Source: Chiloscyllium plagiosum (lineage: Eukaryota). Taken from it: a stretch of DNA of 34,406 bases. Shown piece by piece: positions 22,740 to 34,136 of the stretch. The notes under the pieces were generated by a model, which had not been told where the DNA came from, made no database searches, and was given only the letters and a program-made list of their open reading frames with translations. How positions within the stretch are numbered: position 1 is the first letter of the stretch; every line of letters begins with the position of its first letter. The translations under genes were made by a program, and so were the position numbers. Where the stretch lies: NCBI RefSeq assembly GCF_004010195.1, contig NC_057758.1, forward strand, positions 9,137,076 through 9,171,481. Direction: 5' to 3'.

Positions 22740-23420
22740 AGGTCATTATGGAAAGCTGGGGATGAAATAATGGGGACCCTAGCAGAGATATTTCTAACAT
22801 CGATAGCCATGTGGTGAGATTTTCGGAAAACTGGAGGGTGGCTAATGTTCTGCCATCATTGAAGAAAACCTTCAAGGAAAAGCCAAGGAGCTACAAACTG
22901 TGAGTTTAACATCAGTGGGAGGTAAGTTGTTAGAGGGAATTCTACAAATCGGGATCTGCATGAATTTGGAAAGTCCAGAACTGATCAGGATAGACAGCTT
23001 GGCTTTGTGCATGAGTGATCGTGTGCCTCAGTGATTGAGGTTTCTTGTAGATGTGACCAAGAAGACTGATGAAGGCAGAAGGGTAGACATTGTCTAATTG
23101 GAATTTAGCAAGGGCTTTGACAGGTCTTCCCATATTAGAATAGCGAGTAAGATTAGATCGCATGGAATCCAGGGAGAGGTTGCTAAGTGGGCACAACATT
23201 AGTTTGAGAGTACGGATCGAGGTTGATGGCTGAGGGTTGTCATTCAGACTGGAGGCTTGTGAATAACAGTGTGCTGCAAGGATCGGTGCTGGGTCCTCTG
23301 CTGTTTGTCATTTATATAAGCAATTTGAATGGGAGTATAGGAGACATGGTTTGTAAGTTTGCAGAAAACACCAAAACAGATGTTATTTGGGGCATTAAAG
23401 ACCGTTATCTAAGAGTACAA
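22740..23420 (+). mobile_element. decayed CR1 RT fragment
   Basis: actggagggtggctaatgtt, tttagcaagggctttgacagg, SVLQGSVLGPLLFVIYI..KFAENTK. Confidence 0.88.
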
Positions 23421-23627
23421 CAGGGTTTTTGGAACGGAGGGCCTAGGCTTTGTGTCTTTGCTCTGCATCAAAACCTAATTTCACGCATTTTTTTTCCCGT
23501 TTTTTTTCTTTCCCACATATTAATTAGGATAAGCGTGGAAATTATTACCTAATTTTGCTTGCTCACCTGACTGTCGCGAACAGCTACAATGTCAAAGCTA
23601 ATGATCTCTCCAGAGACCAAACTGCGT

Positions 23628-23633
23628 TATAAA
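23628..23633 (+). promoter_or_regulatory. candidate TATA box of GPCR copy C
   Basis: TATAAA 64 nt upstream of ATG 23692. Confidence 0.55.
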
Positions 23634-23691
23634 TGGCGATGGCCCCAAAATCAGAGCAGCGAGCACATCAGTGCGTCAATTTTCACCAAAG

Positions 23692-23761
23692 ATGCACGCA
23701 CCAGGGAAAGGTCTGATCTTCGCTATTTATTACACAGCTCTGGCAGTGTTCGGAATTCCAG
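23692..23761 (+). CDS. GPR139/GPR142-like GPCR copy C, coding exon 1
   Basis: aagATG; MHAPGKGLIFAIYYTALAVFGIP plus 1 nt, donor GTAAAC at 23762; phase 1 joins exon 2 to give TM1 ...FGIPANLLTI. Confidence 0.88.
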
Positions 23762-25029
23762 GTAAACCTGAGGACATTTAATGACGGGAATATGAATGGT
23801 TCAATGAGTCTGCAGTGAATAGCTACTTATGCAACGCATGGAGGTATTTCTTCCCCTTAGACTCATTCTCATTGTTCAGTTAAATTGCTGCCTCATTAAT
23901 TTCACTATTCTCATTATGTGCGACTGTAACATGGAGTTAAAGTATTGTTTGAAATTGAGATGTTCTGTTTCTTGACTGCGAAAGTCATCTTTTTGTTTAA
24001 TTTCTGCTCCAGCATCTTTTTAATGCGTCAGTATTCCCATTCGGTGCTCTGCTCAATGGCTTCACACCCTTTTTCATCCCACTTCTCCATCCAATTCCCA
24101 TCTGCTTTCAAATCGGATTCATTTCATTCGAGATCACGACATGGATCAAGGGGCGTTTCTGAGAGTGGAAAATGAAATTGCATTCGAACGCAGGATGTTA
24201 TAAACAATAAAATGACAACATTTGGAGATGACAGTGAACAATGTGATGGAAAGCCTTGGACTGCCATTGTGAGAGGGAAGCGAGCCAGGGTTATTTACTT
24301 TGAAATTTTGCTTCACTTCCAACTGAGTTGGCTCACCATAATTTCAAAATCTGTCGATTGCCCGTTTTCATTGTTTTTCTTAATACACAGAACGGATCCC
24401 TCAAATCATTATTATTAATCATCATTAAGAAAAAAAAACCTTGGTTTCCGTAATTAATTTTTCGTTATGCTCTAAAATATCTCTGGCAGATAGCCATAAT
24501 AATTTTTTTCCTGTATCATGCGTGGTAACTGCCAGAATTGAAGTTCATTGTCCTACTGTACTTCATTGTTGGTCACGGTGTGTGCCCAGGCTCAAAACAG
24601 GACTCAATCTCTACGTCCTTTATCTCGCTGCTCTGAGGGACTGAGGGTTAGATCTGTCCACCGTCTGAAATGAGGTTAAAGAAATTTGTCTTTTATAATT
24701 AATGACACAAAATCTTCGCTAACGCTTCATAATCATTGTCAAGAGTGCTAACTCTCATTTTGTTTTTCTCAAACAAGACCAAGCTGCCGGTGTTCCCCTT
24801 TCAGTCCGTCTGTCCTCTGTGTCCATTGTATCCAACTCCAGGTTCACAGTAAAATAAAACTGCAAATACTTCATGACCAGTCCCTGCATTTAACCATTTT
24901 GCGCTACAGCACGCTACCTGTCCATGTTTGTATGTAGATTGCATGCCTTGTGTTCTTACAACTGCAATATAATTACTTACCGTTCCTCAATTCTGTATTA
25001 TGACAATTTGCTGATTGATTATGTTTTAA

Positions 25030-25643
25030 AATAAGAGCACCATTGTGCTACTGAGACTTTATAAAGCTCTGGTTAGGCCCCATTTGGAGTACTGGGTCCA
25101 ATTTTGGGCCCCACACCTCAGGAAGGACATACTGGCACTGGAGCATGTCCAGCAGAGATTCACACGGATGATCCCTGGAATGGTAGGTCTAACATATGAG
25201 GAACGGCTGAGGATCCTGGGATTGTATTCATTGGAGTTTAGAAGATTAAGGGGAGATCTGATAGAAACTTACAAGATAATACATTGCTTAGAAAGGGTGG
25301 ACATTAGGAAATTGTTTCCGTTAGGCGAGGAGACTAGGACCCGTCAACACAGCCTTAGAATTAGAGGGGGTAAATTCAGAACAGAAATGCGGAGACATTT
25401 CTTCAGCCAGAGAGTAGTGGGCCTGTGGAATTCATTGCCACAGAGTGCAGTGGAGGCTGGGACGCTAAATGTCTTCAAGGCAGAAATCGATAAATTCTTG
25501 ATGTCACAAGGAATTAAGGGCTACGGGGTGAATGCGGGTAAGTGGAGCTGAAATGCCCATCAGCCATGATTAAATGGCGGAGTAGACTCGATGGGCCGAA
25601 TGGCCTTACTTCCACTCCTATGTTTTATGGTCTTATGGTCTTA
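25030..25643 (+). mobile_element. young CR1 3' end within the GPCR intron
   Basis: Open frame LYKALVRPHLEYWVQFWAPH...FFSQRVVGLWNSLP; 3' UTR ends in (ttatggtc)n octamer repeats. Confidence 0.95.
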
Positions 25644-26002
25644 AGAATGAGTACATTCACGTTTTGCATTATTATGTATATCGTCAATTATTTTAACATG
25701 TTCCTTTTCCTTGTTGATGCCTTGCAGAATTTCCAACCATTAAGCCTCTATGTTACAGATACTTACCATGAATAAACATCTGAAACAGAACATTCCATTT
25801 TCTTCTCTTGGTGTTTGTTGAAGTATAATTTGGAATATCGTAGCTGAAAATGATTAATAATTCCAACAGTTTTGATGTTTGATTAAATGCTTTATTGTTT
25901 ACAATTTAAGGTTGCTTTAAGAAAGTTAATGTTGTTGGTGTAATTCTGATGTCTCCTTTCCCCTCCTCCTTATCCTGTTTCTCTCTCATTCCCCCCTCCT
26001 AG

Positions 26003-26910
26003 CTAATCTGCTGACCATTGCGACCTTGACCAGAGGAAAGTGTGGTCTGTCTAAATGTATCACAAGTTATCTGTTATCAATGGCAGTGGCAGACCTCCTT
26101 GTCATTATCACTGCTGTGATGCTAAGCCGTCTTCGTGACATTTATTTCCCAGTGAGCTTTCTATCTACCACCCCTGGTTGCACAGCTGTCATTATTCTGA
26201 GTCGTGCTTCAAGAGATACGTCTGTGTGGTTAACGGTTGCATTCACCTTTGATCGTACCATAGCTATTTGCTGTCAAAGACTGAAAGTCAGATACTGCAC
26301 GGAGAAAGTGGCAGCTGTGGTCACAGGAATTGTCTCCGGTCTGTGTGCTTTGAAAACCATACCAATTTACTTCATACATAAACCTCTGTATATCATTAAT
26401 AATGTACCATGGTACTGCAGCATTAAGGAAATCATCTTTGTGTCAGTTGCATGGAGAATGCTTGACTGGCTAGATCGCATTCTCATCCCTTGTCTCCCAT
26501 TTCTCTTGATTATTATTTTCAATTCGCTAACAGTCAGACACATTATAGTGGCCAATAGATCACGTGAGAGACTTCGAGCTCACCACAGCGGTACCAGTCA
26601 GAGCGACCGAGAAATTGAGAGCCGGCGAAAGTCCATCATTTTATTGTTTGCCATCACGGGTAGTTTCCTCCTGTTGTGGCTGACGTACATTGTAAATTTT
26701 GTATATGTGCAGTTTACAAATAATAGCTATTCCTCAGGTTCGAATTCGAACGATTGGAAGTTTATCCTGCAGGAAAGTGGGTATATGCTACAACTCTTAA
26801 ATACATGCATCAACACAGTTATCTATGCTGGCGTGCAGACTAAGTTCAGAAAAAAGTTGAAGGATACTATAAAATACCCCTTCAATTTGATCGCTGGATG
26901 CTTCACGTAA
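26003..26910 (+). CDS. GPR139/GPR142-like GPCR copy C, coding exon 2 (spliced protein 325 aa, intact)
   Basis: Long polypyrimidine tract and AG at 26001-26002; YLLSMAVADLL, Cys at top of TM3 and in ECL2, SVWLTVAFTFDRT, PCLPF, FLLLWL, CINTVIY, TKFRKKL; no stops. No symbol given because it looks like a paralog rather than the GPR139 ortholog. Confidence 0.93.
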
Positions 26911-27409
26911 TTAAATAGTTTGTTTCAACAATCACACCTTAGTTTCCATTGAAACAAGGGAGAAACTGAACAATTACTCGGGAACGGATTGTGAATTGAC
27001 CCTATACATTCTTGACTTCTTGCACTCATATTTTTCACCAACTGGAATCGACATTAATAACGACGACATTAACAGATGGGCATTGTGTTCTGTCGTCAAC
27101 TTATCGACCATTTCCCATTATGCTAAATTCTGAAAAATATATAATTGAATACATTTTGTTGTAAAACTGTGATTGGGACATGCATGAGAAGACGCTCTGA
27201 TATGATATCTGTATAAACATGATCCTATAAATGGAAGAAACAGAGGTCAAGTTTCCTTGGCACCTTATCCGAAGGAATTGCCTCTGGTTCAATGTTGTCA
27301 CCATTCTCTCTATCACATCTAGTGCAGGTAACATCCTCCCAGAAATATTGTGACTAAAATTGAGCATGAGGTTTCACAAAACTCTTTAACAATTATCACA
27401 GACAATAAT

Positions 27410-27510
27410 TCCACTCTGAGGAAGGTCAGTGGGCCCGAAATGTTAACTTTTCTTTCTTTCCGTGGGTGCTGTCAGACCTGTTGAGCTTTCCAGCAATTTC
27501 TGTTTTTTGT
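27410..27510 (+). mobile_element. isolated PLE 3' tail with degenerate hammerhead
   Basis: ctgaggaaggtcagtgggcccgaaatgtt (27416-27444) followed by gtgctgtcagacctgttgagctttccagca, matching 21735-21765. Confidence 0.7.
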
Positions 27511-27749
27511 TTAATTCAAGGAATCTAATTGCCTTTTGACAAAGGTCGAGAATCCAATTAATTGAAAACTACTGGCACATTGACATCGCCTTAAGAAGGT
27601 GCTCTTTGCACCTGTCCTTCCCTATCTCACCAAACACATGCTATTTCAGTTCAGCAACTTAACGATATACATTCTCGATCCTATATCATATCCTAAAATA
27701 AAATTCAAGCAAACCGTTTAACACCTCCACATATTACGTTCCACCAGAA

Positions 27750-28570
27750 TATGGATAGATTGGAGAGTGGGGCAGAGAAATGCCAGATGAAGTTCAATCC
27801 AGGCCAATTCGAGTGATGCATTTTGAACGATCCAATTCAAGAGTGAACTACACGGTAAATGGAGAAGTCCTGGAGAAAGTAGATGCTCAGAGGGATTTGG
27901 GTGTTCAGGTCCATTGTACCCTGAGGATGGCCACACAGGTTGACAGAGTGGTCAAGAATCCTTACAACATGCTTTCCTGCATCGGGAGGGATATTGAGTA
28001 CAGGAGTTGGCAGGTCATGTGAGAGTTGTATAAGATTTCGGTTCGGCCACATTTGGAATACTGCATGCAGTTCTGGTCACCGCATTACCAAAAGGGTGTG
28101 GGTGCTTTGGGGAAGGTGCAGAGGTGGTTCACCAGGACGATGCCTTGTATGAACAGAAGTTGAGTACATTAGGATTCCTTTCATTACAAAAAGGGAGTTT
28201 GATGGGGAAGTGATTGAGGTCTACAAAATCATGAGAGGTATAGACAGTGAGGATAACAGGAAGCTTTTTTCCCAGAGAGGGGGACTCAATAACTAGGAGA
28301 CACGAGTTCAAAGTGAGAGGGGAAAAGTTTATGGGTGGTATGTGTAGAAAGTTCTTCACTCAGAGGGTAGTGGGTGCCTGGAATGTGGTATCAATGGACG
28401 TGGTAGAGGCGGGAACGATAACATCATTTAAATTGTATCTGGACAGATAAATGACCAGGCAGGGAGCAGAGGGATACAGATCTTTAGAAGATAGGCAACA
28501 GGTTTGGATAGAAGACCTGGAACAGCGCAGGTCGAACGGGCCTATTCCTGTGATGTAATTGTTCCTTGGT
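27750..28570 (+). mobile_element. CR1 3' portion
   Basis: QRDLGVQVHCTL..QVDRVVK, IEYRSWQVM, FFTQRVVGAWN; tail gggcctattcctgtg. Confidence 0.92.
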
Positions 28571-29269
28571 TTGACGATTGTTTGTGACTCTTTTTTAGCA
28601 ATCTCATTTTACTTGAACAATTTCTCTTGAACGATGGAAGCTCTCTTTCTTTTAATCTGTGGCGATGTAACATCAAATTAAAAGAAACTCTATTTCACTT
28701 GCCTTCACTTTTTGTTAGTTTACACAATATTCCTTGTTTCCAGGTTCGTCTGTTCAATCTGAGATCATCACTTCATAATGTGCGCCAATCCCCATGTCCC
28801 TGCCCTAACCGGGCAGACGTCTCCCTGCCGAAAATCTTGTTTTCCAATTGCATTCGTTCATTGTTGAAGTTGTTAAATTATTATTTGCTCTGACTGATTG
28901 TAAAAGCTTGCTTTCCCAATGAAACGTCCCTGTTTCTCTCCCACAATAAAACATTGAATGACGTTTTTGTTTACAATTATTGTTCATGGTTAAAAATTGC
29001 GTTTCCAAAATTAATACGAAGCTAATCGCTATGATGGACACCGTTATCAGTCGATCGGTGTTTGCAAATGATCTGGGTGAATGTGTCGCTGAATCAAAGG
29101 AAGGTTTTAAAGTTATCACTGCAAAAGGTGCTTGCACCTGAACATTCCGAATCTCAATCTGTTAGAGCTACCTTTTCCAATTGGACTCTCTCAGTCTATA
29201 TGGGGATTAAAGTGCATTACATTTAGGACCTTGGGCGGGTGGTATCGCTGAATAATGCTGAGACAAACT

Positions 29270-30312
29270 GTAACACATCAGTGCAGGATAAGACCGTTTG
29301 GCCCATCTGCTCTGTTCCACTATTCAATCAACCCCGTTCTCCAACCTTTTCCCACTGACTCATCATGAGACTATCTATTGCTCTTTTAGATGATTCGGAT
29401 TCCCAAGCCTCCTCGGGTAAGGATTTCCACAGATTCCCCTTCATCTCAGTTCTCAGGGCTCGTCCCTTCAATGTGAGGCTGTGCCCTCGGGTTCTATCCC
29501 CTTGTACTTGTGAAAACATCTGTATGTCCACTCTATCCAGGCCTCTCCGTACTCTCTAAGTTTCAGTGAGCTCCCCTAACATCCTTTAAAACTGCACCGA
29601 GTTCAGACACAGAGTCCTCAACCATACGACAAGCCATTTATCCCTAATATAGTTCTTATAAAACTTCTTTGCACCCCCCAGGCCAAAATATTTTTTCTCC
29701 GAAAGGGACCTCAAAATTGCTCACAAAAATCCAGATGCAATCTGACCAGAGCTTTATGTAGTCTTAGAAGCACATCCTTGCTGCTTTACTGCAGCCCCAT
29801 TGCAATGTATGCAAACATTCAGTTGTCTTCCTAATTACCATTTTAACATTATGATAATCCTGAACTAAGTCCCCAGGCTTCCCTATTTAGAAAATAGTTT
29901 TCTCCTCTATTATTTCAATCAATGCACATGACCCCAAATTTGCCAACGTTTTATTTATGGAGCCACCACTTTGCCCACTCTCTCAGCGCTTCTAAGTCTT
30001 TCTGCATCACCATGTGCCCTCCACACCTACCTTTCTATCATTTGCAAAAGCTGCAGCTTTGCCCTTAGTTACTTTGTCCAGCTTGGTAATGCGTGACGTG
30101 AATAGTTGTGCTCCAAACACTGCTCACTATAGAAAAACACTCGTCAAGGCTGAAAGAAAAGACCACTACTATGTACTCTCGAACTTCTTCTAATTATCCA
30201 ATCCTCTCTCAATGTCAATTCTCCATCCCTAAACAATGATTCTTACTTGATTTAGAAGTCTCACCGACGACATATTGCTCAAGGCCTCCCTGGAAATCCA
30301 AGTTGATTACAT
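29270..30312 (-). mobile_element. old CR1, 3' part (continues at 31088)
   Basis: DRTRGHSLTLKGRALRTEMK on the minus strand; actttgcccactctc, aaggcct..ctggaaatccaag. Confidence 0.8.
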
Positions 30313-31087
30313 TGCGATGATGCTGTCACCTTAAGATGTTATATTGTCCTTTTTGTCTGAAGAGAGTTAAAAATCACACAACACCAGATTCTGGTCCAAC
30401 CACCTGAGGAAGGAGCAGCGTTCCGAAACCTTGTGCTTCCAAATAATCCTGTTGGACTATAACCTAATGCTGTGTGATTTTTAACTTTGTCCACTCCAGT
30501 CGAACACTAGTACCTCCAGGCTTTTTTCTGAAGTGAGATTGCAAGGCAGAGTGAGAGCGATGGAAGTAAGCTGTTTGGGAGGCCTTGGGCTTTTTGTTAA
30601 AGTTGGAAGAGAGGCAGCTCTCAAGGACCAGGCTTCCTATTTGTTATTCTAATGGTTTTTAGGTTTAGTTTTCACCAGAATTCAGTGAGTGTCACCTAGA
30701 TTCTCCGAATCTTCCCTGAATTTACTCTATATGTCTTTTCCTTTTGGATTGGAGAGCTCCACGTGAGAATCAGTGTCTCAGTCTGACTTTCTGCCAGGAG
30801 GTGTGTATAGGGGGTATGTTACTATAATGGATAACAAATGAGTAATCAACACTGTGTCTATTATTAACTTAAGTTCTTCAATAAAAGTTCTTCAAGACTA
30901 AATTCTTATTCCTTTTGTTTGTGTTTTAACTTCAGGGCTTAAATACATTTCATTTAATGTTGAGATGTTTGACCGCTCGGTTTGCATCTGGAACACAGCA
31001 TTTCACATCTATCTGTACAAATAAAAAGTTAGGGTCGAGGTTGCCTTCTTAAAATGTCTTGGGGGTGGGCGGATGTGGTCGATTACA
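30313..31087 (+). mobile_element. probable solo LTR inserted in CR1
   Basis: TG...CA termini (tgcgat...attaca), 4-bp TSD acat at 30309-30312 and 31088-31091, internal AATAAA motifs, CR1 resumes across the insertion. Confidence 0.6.
30363..30520 (+). mobile_element. short PLE-derived fold-back element containing a hammerhead motif
   Basis: 36-bp inverted arms 30365-30400 and 30451-30486 enclose cac-ctgagga-a-ggagc(agc)gttcc-gaaa-cctt-gtg; flanked by ctttttgtctgaag / cttttttctgaag. Confidence 0.75.
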
Positions 31088-32330
31088 ACATGCAGTAACT
31101 CTCCTTTGTCTAACTTGCTTATTATCTCGTCAATGAAATCTCGCAGATTTGTCAGGGATGCACTCCCCTGAATGAAGTCTTGAACACTTCACGTTAGTTT
31201 ATCATGTCCTTCCCAGCACTCTGAGATCTCTAATTTAGTAATGGTCTCTAAAATCTTGGCAACCACCAATTTAAGGTTAACCAGCCTACAATTTCCTGTC
31301 TTCTGCTGCATCCTTCCCCTCTTACTTAATTCATTTGGAATCCTCTAGATCCTTCTGTTACACCAGTGATTCCTGAAAGATCACCACCAAATCCGCCACA
31401 ACACCTCATCTATCTCCTTCAGAGCCTTCGTGTCCTGTCCATTCGTTCTGAGACCTTTCCGTTTCGCCAGTACCTTCTCGTTAATGATGACCATCTCACC
31501 CACCTCTGTCTCCGAGCCCGTTGGGCTTCAGGAATACTGCTTGTGCCTTCCACCATGGTGACTGTTCAGTTCCTCTGTCATTTCCTTGTTCCCCGTTTCT
31601 ACTTCTGCTGCCTTCTTTCCCACCTGTTTAATTTACACACTCACCTCTCTCTGCTCTTTATCCAAAAAGCTAAATAGCAAAAACCTAGAAGTTTCCTTCA
31701 CGTACTGCCTTTGGGCGGCACGGTGGCACAGTGGTTAGCACTGCCGCCTCACGGTGGCAGAGACGAGGGGTTCAATTCCTGTCTCTGTCTGTGTAATGTT
31801 TGCACATTCTCCCCGCGTCTGCGTGAGCACCCCCCCCCCCCCCAACCGCCAGGTGCTCTGGTTTCCTCCCACAGTCCAAAGATGTGCCGGTCAGGTGAAT
31901 TGGCCATGCTAAGTTTCCTGTAGTGTTTGGTGTAGGGGAATGGGTCTGGGTGTGTCGGTTTGGACTCGTTGGGCCGAAGGGCCTGTTTCCACACTGTAAG
32001 TAATCTAATAACTAGCTCATTTATTCCAAGTTGTCATCTTTGAGCCCCTTCCCCTGATTTTTTTGTGTGAATTATTCTTTGCTATTTTTGCAAAGTTTTC
32101 CAACTCCGTTGACTTCCCACTAACTTTCATCACGCTGTATGCTTTGCTTTTATTTATTTTCCTGCTGTCCCTTGTCAGCCGCGGTTGTCTTCTCATGTCT
32201 TTAGTAACTTGCTTGGGACGAATCTGCTCTCTTTCCAGAATTCTCCCCAGAAACTTATCCCATTGCTCTTTCACTACCTTCCTTATCAACTCCCATTCCA
32301 ATTAACTCTGGTAAGCTCTTCCCTGAGACG
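31088..32330 (-). mobile_element. old CR1, upstream part, interrupted by a SINE
   Basis: gcagatttgtcagg.atg, aggttaaccagcctacaatttcctg (reverse complement of GN.RLVNL), PRLTRD..KINKSKAY. Confidence 0.7.
31713..32010 (+). mobile_element. HE1-type SINE
   Basis: Same head, body and tail as 11775-12080, plus a poly-C-containing insert at about 31826-31850. Confidence 0.92.
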
Positions 32331-32384
32331 TTCCTCTAACGTCCCCAGTAAAACCGATCCAGCTTCATTCCCGAGAATTAGTGC

Positions 32385-32690
32385 AGCAGTTCATCATCCC
32401 TTGTAGCTCCCCAGTGTTGTGGAGGCTGTATCCTGAGCAAAACATATAGTAAATTAAATTGAGTCAAGTGCAAACAGATTGTTGCTTCAACTGGAATGTA
32501 TGAATGGGGTCTTGAATAACGAGGGTGGAGTAGGTAAACGGGCAAGTTTGGTGTTCCCTGCAATATGCTAAGTGCTCGTGGGGCGATGTGGAAGCAGAGG
32601 AGGAGATCGGTGTGTTCCAGGGTGAACGTGTCCCGGGGCATGCAGGTAAGGGACTGGAGGTGTACATGTGTTAGTTGCTGGCATTCCACT
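32385..32690 (-). mobile_element. decayed Neptune-type PLE linker / GIY-YIG start
   Basis: C...QTCPFTYSTLVIQDPIHTFQLKQQSVCT*LNLIYYMFCSGYSLHNTGE aligns with FHIRHRFTCTSTHIIYCIRCSRCGLLYIGE. Confidence 0.7.
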
Positions 32691-32709
32691 AGGTGTTGTC
32701 AGAAATAGC

Positions 32710-33330
32710 ACATAGCCGCAGAGTCAGACAGAATATAAACAAGTCCTTCAGCCCACTATGTCTCTGCTGGTCAACAAATATCTAATTGCACTTTTTCCAC
32801 TTTAATGTGCTTTCTCAATAGCCTAAAATACCCTGCCATTTTAAGTGATCTTGCAGATGCTTCTATGCACTTCCGCCACCTTCTCAGCTGGAACGTTCCA
32901 AATTTCTCCCATCCTCTGGGAGATTTCAGTTTCCTCAATCCCCTCTAAAGGATTTATTCATCACTTTCATCTTATGTCCTTAGAAATGACTGCTATGGGG
33001 AAAGGTTAATCACAATCCGCTCAGTCCATGTCACTCATCATGATGTATGCATCATTCAGCCAAACCAGCCTCTTCCGCTCCACAGGCAATAGACACAAGC
33101 TAGCTTTCTTACTGATGCCTCTCACCCGTGGCAACGTCCTGGTGAGTCCCTCTGCTGCACAGACCCATAAGCACAATCTAACCTCGTTAGTGAGACCTCA
33201 CTCCTGAGGAAACATCCTGGTGAACCTTCTCAGCTCCATCTGCAGGACAATCGCATCCTCCCGATACCGTGACGATCAGACCCACACACAGATGCCCGAC
33301 TGTTGCATAAATATGTTTTTTGTTCAAAGT
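32710..33330 (-). mobile_element. decayed CR1 3' fragments
   Basis: ccttcagcccact tail, ttcctcaatccccct, ggcaacgtcctggtga, aacatcctggtgaacctt. Confidence 0.65.
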
Positions 33331-33989
33331 TTGCAGCAGAAACAGTTCCTTGCTCCTATATGGCACACAGTGGCTGGTGATTACACTGCCTTATGATCTT
33401 TTGGACGCAGAGACTGCTGGGTTATTAGTTCAGGACAACAGTGACTTTATCATCATTGCAATGAGGAGGCGGGTTGAAAGTCCTATCAGTGACGGTGCCA
33501 GCAATGTTTGAACATAACTGAGCGCTACCCATTCAACCCCCCCCCCCCCCCCCCCCAACCCCCCCACCCCCCCCCCCCCACTCCCTCATCCCCCGACTAC
33601 CGCCTGCCTATGTAACATTATCAGAGCAGATGCGATGGGGATGGAGAAACTGAGAGAATGGAAGAGAGTCCATTCAGGAAGGACGGTGTGACCATGCATA
33701 GTAAAGTTAACTGTAGAAATTGATAGGCGTGTCACAGATATCGGCAACGAATTTATCCTCTTCATTTCAGAACTATTGGATGTATGCCATATTTGGATCT
33801 GACGGTACGTGCTGTGCTAACCACCGCATTGAAAATTCTTCTTTCGTGACACTGAGCAGCTCACATCTATTTGACCACTTTCACCACCGTGTTAATTTTC
33901 GCTCTGTAATTTGTGAAACATATTGTATTTGTTCTTCTATTAATGCCCTCCAGCCAGCTGCAGATAACATCCTTATTGAGACAACACAC

Positions 33990-34135
33990 ACAACGCATTA
34001 AGGGTGAAAGGATATCTAGGGAGAGAACAGGGTCCCCTAAATTTCAGCAGTGCAGCCTACATGTGCAGCCACAGGAGGTGGGGGAGGTACTAAATAAATA
34101 TTTTGCTTCAGTGCTTATTTCAGAGAAGGACATGA
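33990..34135 (+). mobile_element. CR1 linker fragment
   Basis: RISRERTG..LHVQPQEVGEVLNKYFASVLISEKD. Confidence 0.8.
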
Positions 34136-34136
34136 A

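Noticed and set aside
33536..33580. Poly-C runs (also 5959-5980, 9393-9410) with G-quadruplex potential
   Set aside because: Simple homopolymers with unreliable length and no functional evidence
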